Of a DNA stretch of 64,000 nucleotides, positions 1-11,999 are shown piece after piece. The notes beneath the pieces are model-generated. The model was not told where the DNA came from. It saw only the letters and a list, made by a program, of their open reading frames with translations, and searched no databases. Source of the DNA: Podarcis cretensis (lineage: Eukaryota); contig OX638155.1 of the NCBI GenBank assembly GCA_951804945.1, positions 57,722,001 to 57,786,000 of the forward strand, in the 5' to 3' direction. The position numbers and the translations under genes were made by a program. Within the stretch, counting starts at the first letter, position 1, and each line of letters starts with the position of its first letter.

Positions 1-147
1 TCCTCCACATGCAGCTGCTGGGTGACCTTGGGCTAGTCACACCTCTCTGAAGTCTCTCAGCCTCACTCACCTCATAGAGTGTTTGTTGTGGGGGAGGAAG
101 GGAAAGGAGAATGTTAGCCGCTTTGAGACTCCTTTGGGTAGTGCTAA
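1..147 (+). mobile_element. 3' part of a tRNA-derived SINE (Squam3-like, L2-type tail), cut by the window start and an N gap
   Basis: gggtgaccttgggctagtcac...ctctcagcctcactcacctc...gttagccgctttgagactcc core and tail; related to the copies at 2060, 5308, 41941 and 51530. Confidence 0.75.
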
Positions 148-282
148 NNNNNNNNNNNNNNNNNNNNNNNNNNNNNNNNNNNNNNNNNNNNNNNNNNNNN
201 NNNNNNNNNNNNNNNNNNNNNNNNNNNNNNNNNNNNNNNNNNNNNNNNNNNNNNNNNNNNNNNNNNNNNNNNNNNNNNNNNN
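148..282. other. Assembly gap (N run)
   Basis: Run of N. Confidence 0.99.
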
Positions 283-1005
283 CAAGTAAGCACCACAAAG
301 TCATGGCAGTATCGCTAGGCCCCATCACAAGCTCATGGCCTAATGTGGTGCTATTGTATCACAGCCCTGCTCCACCATGCTAGCCCACCCCTCAATAGTA
401 CCAATAAAATTGGGACATCCTGTTTTTTCATGTGAGAGTACGGAACCCAAAGTGTGCTTTCTGTGGAGCTGTGCTCTCACTCCGAAGAAAGCGTGTCTTT
501 TGGGGCTGCAAGCTCGCACACTCAACATGTTGAAAGGAGAGTATGTTAATCTGATGCTCCCACATAGGGGTATTTGTAGGGCCCTGAAGTGGAGAGGTCT
601 CCCACTGGACAACAAGACTTCAGTCATTGGTCCAATGCTTTGTCTGTCTTCCACCCTAAACCCACAGTGGCGTTACCACAAAATATTGGTATTACAGGAC
701 TGCATTGAGGGGGATCATTCCTGTCCAGCAAGCTGAAATGCTTAGGCAGATGGAACATTTGTAATAGTATGATGTTGAATTCCACCCAAGTACTTTTTCA
801 AACTGTCTTATGGAGAAATCTGGACCCTTAGAAAGCTGATCAGGGGTTCTCAAAGAGAAGAATGGCTATAGCGATGCTTTCTCAAAGACTGATTATCTTC
901 TGCAATACGCAGCCACAGGAGAACCTCTTTGCTCTGGGCACCATATTTTAAGAAAGACACTGGCACACTGGATTGTCTCCAGAGGTGGTCAACCAGGATT
1001 GGGAG

Positions 1006-1168
1006 CAGTAGTGACTGGCAAGGTGGCATTGTTTATGTGGCTCTGCTGCTGTACCTGCACCACCCTGAGCTCTCTGCTGCTTTGCCGCTTCTCCTCTTGG
1101 TAACCAGCAGCACAGTGTGGTGTGGGGAAGCCAGGTGAGCAGTTGTGCCACCTCACTGGCTGCTACTG
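1006..1168. mobile_element. hAT-like MITE nested in the old CR1
   Basis: Imperfect TIRs cagtag...aggtggca / tgccacct...ctactg; degenerate 8-bp TSD attgggag (998-1005) / atggtgag (1169-1176); removing it restores CR1 continuity. Confidence 0.65.
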
Positions 1169-1219
1169 ATGGTGAGCAGTTTGGAAAACAAGCCCTATGC
1201 AGAACTGTTGAAAGAACTG

Positions 1220-1284
1220 TTTCCTGCTTGGCAGGGGGTTGGACTCGATGGCCCTTGTGGTCTCTTCCAACTCTATGATTCTAT
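1220..1284 (+). mobile_element. 65-bp 5'-truncated young CR1 3' end nested in the old CR1
   Basis: Matches the 3' UTR of the copies at 30087 and 58042; TSD gaactg at 1214-1219 and 1285-1290. Confidence 0.9.
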
Positions 1285-2059
1285 GAACTGGGTACTTCTA
1301 CCCTGGGGAATAGAAGTTGAAGAGGATATATGATAGCTGCCTTCAAATGTCTGGAGGGTTTTCAGGCAGAGAGATGCTCCCTGTTGCTCCAAAGGAAAGG
1401 AACTAGAGCCAATGGATGGAAATTGCAGAGAAGCAGAAACTGGGAACCCACCTGCCAGGGATGTTGTCATTTCATCTTTCATTACAGATCTTGCATTGAG
1501 CAAGGGTTGAACTAGATGACCTCCAGTTCCCTTCTAATTCTGCAGTTCTATGATTCTATGAATACTGGGTATGTTTGGGGTCTCACTCTTAGTTGACAAT
1601 ACATGTGCCATGTGAACAGAGAGCACCATGTGCAAACTCTCCAACATGCAGCAGTTCCATTGCAATCACATGGGGTTTCATGGGCCAGCAGGATGACATA
1701 GAAAGTTTTCCCTTGAAAGGAAAGAGCTTATAAACCACTGTCATCATTGCAAATTTCAGGAGGGAACTTGGAGAATTGTTGGAAATGTCACTGCAACATT
1801 ATGAAGAAACCACATTAGCTCACGTCAAAGTTACCAGGGCTATAGCCTGATGCTCTGGGGTGTGTGGAGCAATTGTGTGGCATGCTTTCAGAGAAGTGGT
1901 TTTATTGGTGCTTGAATGGTGCTGGCAACAGGTTGAATCATCTTCAGGATGATATAGGAAAAGCCTGAGCTATGACAGCAGGTAAGTTGGCAACAGAATC
2001 AGGCAGCTGATCAGCATTGCATGACTCCATTCCTTTGTTCTCCTTGTGGTCTCATGCAA

Positions 2060-2290
2060 GGTGGAGTAGTTTAGCACTCCTAGTTTAGTGGACTAGGATC
2101 AAGGAGACCCAGGTTCAAATCTTCACTCAGTTGCGGATGGAGCTCATAATGTGACCTTGGGCCAGGTACTCTCTCTCTCAACCTAACCTACCTAACAGGG
2201 TTGTGGTGTGAGGACAAAACACGAGAACCAGTTCCCACCACCTCAGAAGAAAGGTGAAATGCAAATGTAAGCCAATAAAATACATGAACA
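2060..2290 (+). mobile_element. Old tRNA-derived SINE (Squam3/MIR-like)
   Basis: B-box ggttcaaatc, gtgaccttgggcc core, cctaacctacctaacagggttgtgg. Confidence 0.7.
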
Positions 2291-4512
2291 AATTTATTTA
2301 GATTGTTTTGCATCTTTTGGTCTGAATTCTATATGCCGAGATGTACAACTGCTGCACCCATCATACATATATTTAATACATTTGTTTAATTGTAATGTCT
2401 ATGTGAATTTCACAGTGCTTACTACACTGAAATGCTTTCTAGATCAGAAAGGAGTAACACATGAAGTGGTCCCAGGTTTTCACGGATGCCTTTCAGTTTC
2501 ACTGTAACTGAGTGTTTTCCTGAACAAGTGAGGGTTATACGTGCATATAGAGGAGGGGTATGCACAAAAGCCCCACTCCCAATGCCCCCTGGCATGTGGG
2601 CTCCTCTCAGTCAACTTTTGAAAGTCTGAAGGGGGCTTCTGAGCATGTTCAGCATAAAAGCTTCATTTCATAAGTGGCTTCTACCCACTTTCAGGTGAAC
2701 GTGGTAAGAAGACATTTTAGACCTTTGAAATCAATACATGAAGGTTACAAACTTGGAGTGAGTGGATCTGGTGCCTAGAGGATGTTGAGGGTGGGACTGG
2801 CACACACACATTCATGTTTAGCCTTCCCATGATGAGGCTGAATGCCTGAATGCAGCATAAGATGTGAATGAGTTGTTTAGGCTAGTGTGGTTGCATGTCT
2901 CCCCGCCTCTCACCTCCCCCCCCGTGTGTGTGTGTTGTAGCCATAAAATCTGGATACCTTGGTTCCTAGGGTGTCTGCTGAAGCACAGAACAATTTTCTG
3001 CAAATGTTTTGCATCATTTCCAGAAACACTATTGCATGAATTGACGTTTCTGGAAAGAAGTCTATTGTGTGTAACAGCAGGGGTGGGTGGGTTACACTTA
3101 ATTTCAAAGCCAGCAGTGCAGAGATCTGTCTTATAAATGGAAAAATAATCCCTTTAGAAACAAGGGCTGGCACTATAAAAAGCCTTTTACAGCTGCTGCT
3201 GAAGTGAGAAAGAGAATGAATTGTGATTGATTTCAATGGGAGTAGGTTTGGGGGAAAGTAACATTTTATGTCCTTGTAGCAACCCAGCCAACAGTGTCAG
3301 TTTCCAATTTGACCAAAAGAGGGCTCCAGTGCTTTGATTTAAGCTGCAAGCAAAGGGGTCCTGGACTAGTTGTTTAATTGTGAAAGTAAATCTCCTGATT
3401 TGACTCTCCCGGATTTTGTGGGATGTGAATGAGCTGTTTAAACCCGTACTATAAGGATGATGCTTCCTTGACTGGTCGATGGTAAGGGTGGTTCACTCCT
3501 GAAAAGGAATGCTTTTGCCTAATTGTTCATTATAAGATGAAGCCACCATATTGTACATAGCTTTTCTAAATGGGGTTTTGAACAAAAGTCAGCAGTGCAG
3601 TGGGTGCTTTGTGCTTGGGGAAAACAGTTCAAAAGATGGGCTCTTTTTAGCTATTACGAATATCAGTGTGTGCAACAACCCTAATGGAATCCTGTCCACA
3701 TGTGTCTCTCTCACACAAAGGGGAAACATGCCTGAGCAAAGGGGCTGTAGGGCCACACATTTTAGCCCTGTCCTTGAGGTTACGTGACTCCCTCTTCTGA
3801 ATGAGGGATAATTTCTGACCCTGGGAGGGTTTATTTTTATATGACCAAGGTCCTCCTCATCAGAAGCTATCTCCCAATGTGTGAGGGGCCAGGAGGGGGA
3901 AAACATCATGGGCATAGCCAGGATTGCCTTTAGGGGGGCAGGCTTTGTGTTGGGGGGGCCAGAACTGAGTTATTTGTGACACAATTGGTCAGTTAGTTAA
4001 ATATTTTTATGTATTTAATTGCCCATGGGAAACATGTGATCTCAAGGACGAGGCTAAAATAGCATAACCCTGCAATTTTTATGCAAGTAACGTGTGAAGA
4101 GGGATGTTGCATGTTTACCATTGGGTGCTCTAAATGTCTTCCATGCACAGAAGAATATTGCACATGTAGAAGAACTACCTCGCTTATGTAATCCACTATG
4201 AGATCTTAATATTGGTGAAGGTCCACAGTGCTTTCCTGTTTGTAGATTAAAAACCCATAGGGCAATCCGCTATGTGTTTGTGCAGCAGTAACCCTTTGTG
4301 GATTAGTATTGAAAAATCTGCAGATCTCTTTTCCTGTGCCCAAGGTACAACAGATGCAAATGTGGATGCATTGGTGATGCATTGTGCCCAGTACATTAGT
4401 GATCTGACACCTAAACTAGTTATCTGACCATATCTAGCAGATGAACAGGAACAAATGATTGTGCAGTCCTTTGCCTGAGTTCAGAAACTGAAGGTGCTAG
4501 AATCCCTGTGTA

Positions 4513-5010
4513 AACATAGGAACACAGTAAGTTTCCTTACACTAGACCAGACCATTTGGTCCATCTAGATCAGAGTGGTCTAGATGTGGCCCAACATGAT
4601 GCCCCCTCCAAGCCCTCACACTGCCTTCCCAAAGCTGGGTATGTGAGGTGCTGGGCTTTGCAAAGGAGGCTTGAAGGCTCTGACAGGAGTCCTCTCACCT
4701 CCTTCCCAAAGCCCAGTGCCTTGCTTAGCTGGATTGACTGGGGTGGGGGTGTCCAATTTTGGCCTCATTCCCCCCCCATGTGACAAGGCTGTGTGCGGCC
4801 TGTGGGTTTTATGTCAAAGTCCTCTTATGGCCCACTTGATATGAAAAGATTGAGCACCTTGTTCTACCTCACGATTGTCTACACTGACTAACAGTCTCTC
4901 CAGGGTTTCAGAAAGGGCGAATTCACAGCCTACATGGAGATGTTGGGAATTGGACCTGGGACCTGGGCAAAGTAGATGCTCTACCACCACTGAGCGATGA
5001 CTCTTCCCCA
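4513..5010 (-). mobile_element. tRNA-derived SINE with CR1-like tail, interrupted by a MITE at 4571-4861
   Basis: acataggaa...cagaccatttggtccatctag | attgtctacactgact...ctctaccaccactgagc (reverse A/B boxes). Confidence 0.7.
4571..4861. mobile_element. Degenerate hAT-like MITE
   Basis: Weak termini cagagtggtc / gagcaccttg; flanks atctagat / ttctacct resemble an nTCTAGAn-type TSD. Confidence 0.45.
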
Positions 5011-5012
5011 AA

Positions 5013-5141
5013 TACAGATAGGTAGCCGTGTTGGTCTGCCATAGTCAAAACAAAATAAAAAAATTCCTTCCAGTAGAGCACTATGAACTAACTTAGTTGG
5101 TCTTTAAGGTGCTACTGGAAGGAATTTTTTTATTTTGTTTT
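5013..5141. mobile_element. Penelope-like element terminal fragment in inverted arrangement
   Basis: gtagccgtgttggtctg...ccagtag and reverse gtctttaaggtgctactgga; perfect 30-bp inverted repeat 5047-5076 / 5112-5141. Confidence 0.75.
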
Positions 5142-5307
5142 TTCTTCTCCAAATGGAACTGTTGTCTACTAAGGGTCAAATTAAACATTATTTGGGTGCA
5201 CTTTTATCTCCTCTCAGGGAGCTGGAGGTAGCAAGGGTTAGATCTGGGAGAGGGTGAGAAGAAAACATCTTCTTCTAGAGCACTGTTTCCCTGATTTTCA
5301 AAGCATA

Positions 5308-5500
5308 CAAGCCAGTGTGGTGTAGTGGTTAATGTGTTGGACTGGAAGACAGGATTTGAAGCTCCACCTAGCCGTGAAGCTTGCTGAGTGACCTTGGGCC
5401 AGTCACAGTCTCTCAGCCTAACACACCTCACAGGGTTGTTGAGAGGATAATATGAAGAGGAAGGAAATACATGATATGAATAATAAAAAAAATAAAGCAA
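5308..5500 (+). mobile_element. tRNA-derived SINE (Squam3-like)
   Basis: agccagtgtggtgtagtggtt A-box head; gtgaccttgggccagtcacagtctctcagcctaac core. Confidence 0.8.
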
Positions 5501-7399
5501 CCACATGGGACTGAAAATTAGTATAACCCAACATCCAACCATGGAAAGTCTAATCGCAGATCTCCTAGCTATGTGTCTAGTTGGCCCTGAACAGCATGAG
5601 GTACATATCAGAATAAATGCTACATGAAGGATGATTTCTGATCTACACAACATATTTCAAATTATGCACACACATATGTATAGACAGGCTTAAATGTGTG
5701 TGTGTGCGCTTTTAAGCATATGCAACGTTTGTTTCTATTTCCTTCCTCCAGCTAGGATGGTCAGATTAATGCAAAAAAAGTATAAAGCAGATGAATATTG
5801 TTATTGAGGGAAGATGAGAAAATATGTCATTTGTTGTGCTATAAAACTGATTACAGTAACAGTGAATTATATTCTACTTTCAGTTGTTGGCTTCGCAGCT
5901 GAATATGGCCTCTTTTACCACCTCTGAGTCACTTTTCTGCATGCTAATTTCTTACAGTTTTCATCTAATGGGTGAATGCCATCATGCTGGCATAGTGAAC
6001 CCAATGAAAATGGTTGAGGAGAGAAGATGTGGACTGCATTGCGATGCACAGGTGCCTAGTGACATACTGGAATTTAGCAATTGATATCACTGATATTATT
6101 TTTTTTGTTAAGAACAACCATGCTAACATATTTGTCCAGAATTCAAGTTTTCCATCTTGCCCGGACCCGTAAGAAGATTTTCTTTTACTGTCACTTCCCA
6201 TATCATTTGCTGATCCACTTGCTTAAATATTGCGTGCTGTGGTTCTATCCTGTGCACAGTTAGGCTGCTTAACTCAGATTAACTTCATTGAGATTAAAAG
6301 AGCCTCAATGCACATAGGATTGCAACCTACAAGCACATATTTTATTTTGTGTCATTCTTTGAAGACAAACAGTGTAACAAGGGAGTAAAGAAATCCCAAG
6401 GAACAAATTACTATGTGCCTAATGATATAAAAATAATTTGTGCCAGATTTGTTTAAAGCAGAATACATATATATTTGCACATGTGCAACTACGAAACCCT
6501 AGCATTCATACGCCAGTCACCTTATAAGGGAAGAATATATCAAACTCCATTGGCGATGGAAAACGTCCTGTGAAATAAAAATGGCCATTGTATGACAATC
6601 CTTTAGCCCCTCTGCACTTTTTATGCTTCGGAATGAATGAGGATTTCACCTTGGGAAAAATATAAAATGATCCTCCTTTCAATATAAATGTCTCCCCCAA
6701 AAATCAATTTCAATTTCATCTTTGTTTCATCAAAAAGAACAACAAGAAAAAGGATCTACAGGGCTATAAGTAATGGCTACCTGCAGCTTTCTTAATAAAT
6801 ATTTCTGGAGCAGCAAAAAGCTGCAAAATAAAATAAAATAAAATAAAATGCATGGAGATGAGTTCCACCCCTCCCCCCAGAATTTGACATACCACATGAA
6901 GAACATATATAAATAGATTGTCTGGGTTCTGATCCAACCATTTCTTATTCATTTTAATAGTCGCTCCCCAGTCATCGTTCTTTATTTTTTCAGAGCTGCT
7001 GCTTTTTGGAATGTGCCAGGGATTGTGTGACATTTCAGGAAATGCTATAAATATGCACCCACAGGTACAGTTATACCCTGTGCTATAAATTATCCATCCT
7101 TTGTGTTCAAATAAACATTACAGCGCCCTTTAGTAGAACCTCCTTATCTCATCTAGGTAGGATCAGAAGGCTCATCAAAGCCCAACTGGATATTTTGCTT
7201 CCAATCTTGCTTGAATTATCCATGTTGGAGGCAGGTATTTTTCCTTTCCCTATAATTTCACAAAGTGGAAATGATTTCTTTGTTTCAAGCTCCCTAACTC
7301 AGGGCCATCCCTTTCCTTCCCATACCAGGTTATCACTGCGACTTAAACACCGTCTTACTTTTAAGTTCATCAGGAGAAAAGAAAAAAAATAAAGCAGCG

Positions 7400-8280
7400 T
7401 CCATGATGCTGGAAAGATTCATAATTGAAAACCGCAGCAAGGAGAAATGTATGCAGACCTGTTTTCGTCCTCAGTGATGCAAGCCTTCTCCTTGCAGAGT
7501 CAATGTGATGTTAATATAGGTAAGATAAGTCCATGAGCCGTATCATTGTTTGTGTTGTGCTGTTGCATTATTTGCATCTTTTCACATAATGGTATATAGA
7601 AAATGATCTGGGAGGGGTGGGGGCACCAGCTAAACTGCTGGTGTTATATAAAGCTGGCTTTTAATGAAACCGCACACTGGAAATTCTAGTCTCCTGCAGT
7701 GGTTTCTGCTTCTCTTTTCTCCGGGGCAGATTGGCTCAGGCTGCACTTTCTTCCCAATCCTATATTCAGGCTAAATGGATTGCAGTTTTAAATGCACTAC
7801 CCAGTGCTGCTGACTAATACAATTCCAGCCCGATTCCCCCAGCTTCCTCCAGCCCCCTCCCACCACCTTGCATCTTCCGTCAACAACACACGGACAAGAT
7901 ATCAGGCAGTAATATTGGCGGCGCTTTGCATTTGCTTGATTAAGAAGAATATTCAAGGAGGGAGAATGGAGCAAGCCCCCTGAAACTCACCCACTCCCTG
8001 ATGTTTGCAGGGGGATGGTTTTCCTACAAGATAAGAAGTGTCAGAAAAGGCAGTAAATTGGAAGGCTTTCAGGGAACGGTGTTTGTGGCTCACTGGCTTC
8101 CTCTCCTCCCTTTCTTCTCTCCCTCCCCCATTCCACCGTAATATTAGCGCTGTATAGATTTAATAATTAGGTGATTGGAGACATTTTGATGATGGGGCAG
8201 TTTCTATGATCTGCAAAAGACAGCATCTGTTTTTCTCATGTACCAATTAATTATTGATGCAACTGAAAATGCAATAGACC
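7400..8280. promoter_or_regulatory. Candidate conserved non-coding enhancer block
   Basis: No recognisable TE; SOX-type cattgt, octamer atttgcat, several TAAT/TAATTA motifs; conservation not tested. Confidence 0.35.
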
Positions 8281-10121
8281 TTTCTTTTTTTCCTTCCATA
8301 TGGAAGGAGAAAGGTTGGGTGTTTTAGCAAGATGGAGAGGAAATTATACCATCCTGACCTTGAAAGGTGCTGAAAGATGTTGTTGTTTGTGTGTATATAT
8401 ATATATATATATGATAAAAATCAAAGAAGCAAGTAAATACCTTGTTTCTTTCTTGCCTTTGCCGCTTCAGCCAAAGAAGGGCCTTCCTTGCAACAAAATA
8501 ATCATATTTGTCATTGTTTTTTACGCCCAACCTTTATTTTTATTAGCTTTTTAAATTTTTTTTAAAAATGGTATGGTCCTACTCACTGTTTCATGCACCA
8601 GCTTCATCCCAGTGACTCTTCAAGTGAACAGCCTTCTCCTTCGTGAAAACCATTCAAAATATATGGATTTCTGTTTTGGGGTTTAATTGTGATCCAATTC
8701 ATGAGCCCAGGCAAAATGACCCAAATCAGAGGGGCTTTCTAAAGTTACCTGAAGAGGAATGTCATTTGCTGGGAATCACACAGTGTGATTCCTCACTATT
8801 GTGTCAACCATTTTCATGTGTCAGACATCCTCCAAAGATTTTAAATTCCTTTAACAAACTAAACAACCCTTCCCCCTCTCAGAGCCCATGTATACATGTT
8901 ATGCATTTATATAAGGGTCACAGCTTGTAATCACCTACTTTGCCATTGGCGATTAATCTGAAAAAGATCGAATAATTCACTGCCCCATGCCATTCACATA
9001 TCGCTTGCTACCATCTGTTCTTCTCAGCAGCAGTAAATGATGGGTAATTAACTCAGTGCCTTTGTCTTTCCCTCGCTGAATGTCTGACACATATATATTT
9101 GGTTTTCTCCCTCTCTCCCTCTCTCTCCCTGTTTGGGATGGGAAGAAGAAAAGGAAGATGTGAGGGAAAGAAATGAAGGATGCTGCCTGTACCTGACCTG
9201 AGCAAAATAAAAACTCAAAGCAAAAATACGTTGCAAAGGAATAAGCAGAACTCCCGCCACCCTCCCCCCCACCAATGCTAAACCTAAGAAGGGGAACATA
9301 TTGCATGACCTTTCACTCTCCTTAATATCAAAAGAAAAGAGGAGTTACGGTGGAGAATGGCTGCTTCGAATGCAAGCCACCTTCTCTAAAGCTCCGAGGT
9401 CAAGGTCAAGATGGAGCCATGAAGAAAAGGCTTCACAAGCCCCTCTTGTCAGTCTGAGTGTGAAGCGGGAACATAAAAGGGAGACCATATGCAGGGGACG
9501 TCACACCGCTTGCCTTCTGAGGTAGAAATCTCTCAAATTGTTTTTGCTAAGGTGGCGTGGGCATTATATCAAGGGACCCAGTGTCGAGAAAAGATGGATG
9601 TGCATATACTGAAGGTGTGCATGGGCCCCCAGATTCACCTTGTATCTTTGTACTTGCCCTTTTTTAAAAAATAAAAAATAGAAATCTGACCTGTTTTGGA
9701 GTCTCTCTGTGCTCTCTCCTCTTCAATATGTGTTTTGGATTCCAAGCTGCTCTGTATAAAATGAAGCTCTGTCCTCATTTACTATAATAGGGAATCTAAA
9801 CATGGTGATGACTTTTGTCTCATTTGGCTAAAGTGGATAAAATTTACGGGCACAAGAACCCATCCAGAGTTAATTAATCCTACCAAACTTCAGACAAATA
9901 GGCCCAGGGCTTTATTTGGGGGGAATTAAAACAGATTCATTTTCCTCTTTAATTCTGTATTGGAAGGGTGAGTGAGCGGTTGTCCCATCTGGGAAGTGGA
10001 TGAATGGTGTTTATTCTTGCTTTTTCATTTTTTAAAGCCATTGCAGCTTCACACCAGCCTTTTCTTTTTGCTTGTGTCTGCTGGTAGGTCTTAAAGGCCT
10101 CTGATATACCTTACAACATGA

Positions 10122-10125
<4 letters not shown>

Positions 10126-10172
<47 letters not shown>
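10126..10172. repeat. (CT)n(AT)n microsatellite
   Basis: Direct reading. Confidence 0.95.
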
Positions 10173-10173
<1 letters not shown>

Positions 10174-10544
10174 TCAGAACAACAGAGTGACCCAAGGCTT
10201 TTTGAAGGCTATGGTCTGACTGGAGAGGACGTTGTTGACAGCACACTTCTACTCAGGAATGTGGAAATACACCCTCCTCTTAATTCACCTCATTATTCGC
10301 ACCACACATGAAGCCACTGTACATCCCTAGTATTTACAGTGCTTTGTTTCTATTGTTGTTGTTGTTGCTGTTATCCATCTTTCATCATAAGGTTCCTGAG
10401 TGAGTTACAACAATTACAATACAATATTAAAAATAGTTTTAAACAACTTACAATAATAGAAACAAGGTGGATCCTAAAAAGCAAGGATAAATATTTACAT
10501 AGCACTTATATTGCACATTAGACTACAAATCACCCTTCAAATGG

Positions 10545-10546
10545 GT

Positions 10547-10611
<65 letters not shown>
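10545..10611. repeat. (GT)n(GA)n compound microsatellite
   Basis: Direct reading. Confidence 0.95.
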
Positions 10612-10613
<2 letters not shown>

Positions 10614-11162
10614 CTTTGGTTTCTTGGATGAAGAGTAGGCTAAAATTATAAGAAAGGAAGGGAGAAAAATGATAACTTTCTAAGCAGGTGTGTATAACTT
10701 CTTTACTGTACTTATTTGTGGAAAAAGAGCAGTGGGATCTCCTTTACCTGAGGTGTGTGCTACATTTCACAGGGATGAAAATAAAATCCACTGCAATAGC
10801 AATGAGAGGCCCATCAGGAAGAGCTAACACCTTGACTTAGCTGACATCTGTGGCCAATTTACCATTGACCAAAATAGCACAAAGAGCTCAGCCCGGTGTC
10901 CACAAACACAGCATGAAAGAAATAGGCCATCTGCACCTGTTTGTCTCCTAGCATCAGCCTGTGAACATGGAGGTTCTATTGTGGCTCATAAAATCTATTC
11001 TCCATGAAAGCATGAGATGGTCCAGCAAAGCTTTGTGAAGCAGTTTGCCCCATGATGCAAAACATGGATCAAGTTGCACACCATTTCTTAATTTGCTAGA
11101 GAATGTGAGGCTGTGGGAAGCTGTCATCTTGGTGGGAATTAAGTGGCAAGTGCCAATTGTAT

Positions 11163-11500
11163 GGAACATACAAAGTTGTCTTAAACCAAGTCAGTCCATT
11201 GGACTATCTAGCTGAGTATTGGCTGTACCAACAATGAGGAACCTGTGGTCCTCTACAAGCTTCTGGAATATAACATCATCCCTGACTGCTGGCCATGTTG
11301 GCTGGAGCTGATGGGAGCTGGAATCTGACAACATCTGGAGGGCTACAGGTTCCCCACCAGTTAGTCTACACTGACTGGCAGTGGCCCTCCAGGGGTTTCA
11401 GAAAACAGTGTTTCCCAGTTATGTGTGGAGTCGCCAGGGAATGAACCTCAAACCTTCTGGATGCAAAGCATGTGTTCTGCCATTGAGTTATGCTTCTTCC
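11163..11500 (-). mobile_element. tRNA-derived SINE with CR1-like tail, interrupted by a MITE at 11229-11362
   Basis: Same family as 4513: tctagctgagtattg | gtctacactgactggc...gaacctcaaaccttctggatgcaaagc. Confidence 0.7.
11229..11362. mobile_element. Short palindromic hAT-like MITE
   Basis: gaggaacctgtggtcctc / gagggctacaggttcccc inverted ends; same family as 35166. Confidence 0.7.
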
Positions 11501-11774
11501 ATTTAGTCTGCCATCGCTTGGCTGAGGCTATGCATAGGGAGAGGCTGTAAATGTTTGTGCAATTGCACTTTCTTGAAAAAGATTAAGCTAAAAATCTCAA
11601 CATATAAAGCTAGCAGCAACTTAGGATGTGATAATCCTCCACTGACAACTGAATGCTAAAACGATTAAACATAGCATGCATGTAGATGTCAGTGTTGGAC
11701 TGGGGTGCATAAATTATGCTGCAATCATGTATAAAATGTATTGCAGAGGAGGCCAAACCAGAGAGGGTCTAGAG

Positions 11775-11999
11775 CCATCGTTCCCAATGTTGGGCACATG
11801 CCCCACAGGGGGGCAATTTGATTTTTAAGGGGGGCAAATCGAGAATGAGTTATTAACACTGAGTGGCCTTTTAGGCTTCCTTCATGTGATTAGGAGATCA
11901 CTTTTTGAATAATAAGAATTATATGTCATGGGGGCGGAGGCATGAGGATTTTAGAGATGCTTAGGTGGGGCATGGCCCAAAAAAGGTTGGGAACTACTG
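11775..11999. mobile_element. hAT-Charlie-like MITE
   Basis: TIRs ccatcgttcccaa / ttgggaactactg; 8-bp TSD gtctagag (11767-11774) / ttttagag (12000-12007). Confidence 0.75.

Larger units (their letters stand above)
928..1561 (+). mobile_element. Old degenerate CR1 LINE 3' fragment interrupted by two nested insertions
   Basis: ctctgggcaccatattttaagaaagac (cf. FWAPQFKKD), gatatatgatagctgccttcaaa, and 3' end ...ttctatgattctatga. Confidence 0.85.

Noticed and set aside
67-383. ORFs spanning N runs (also at 43422-43778 and 55780-56016)
   Set aside because: Artefacts of assembly gaps.
9518-9535. let-7-like seed tgaggtag
   Set aside because: The match stops after 8 nt and I see no precursor hairpin.
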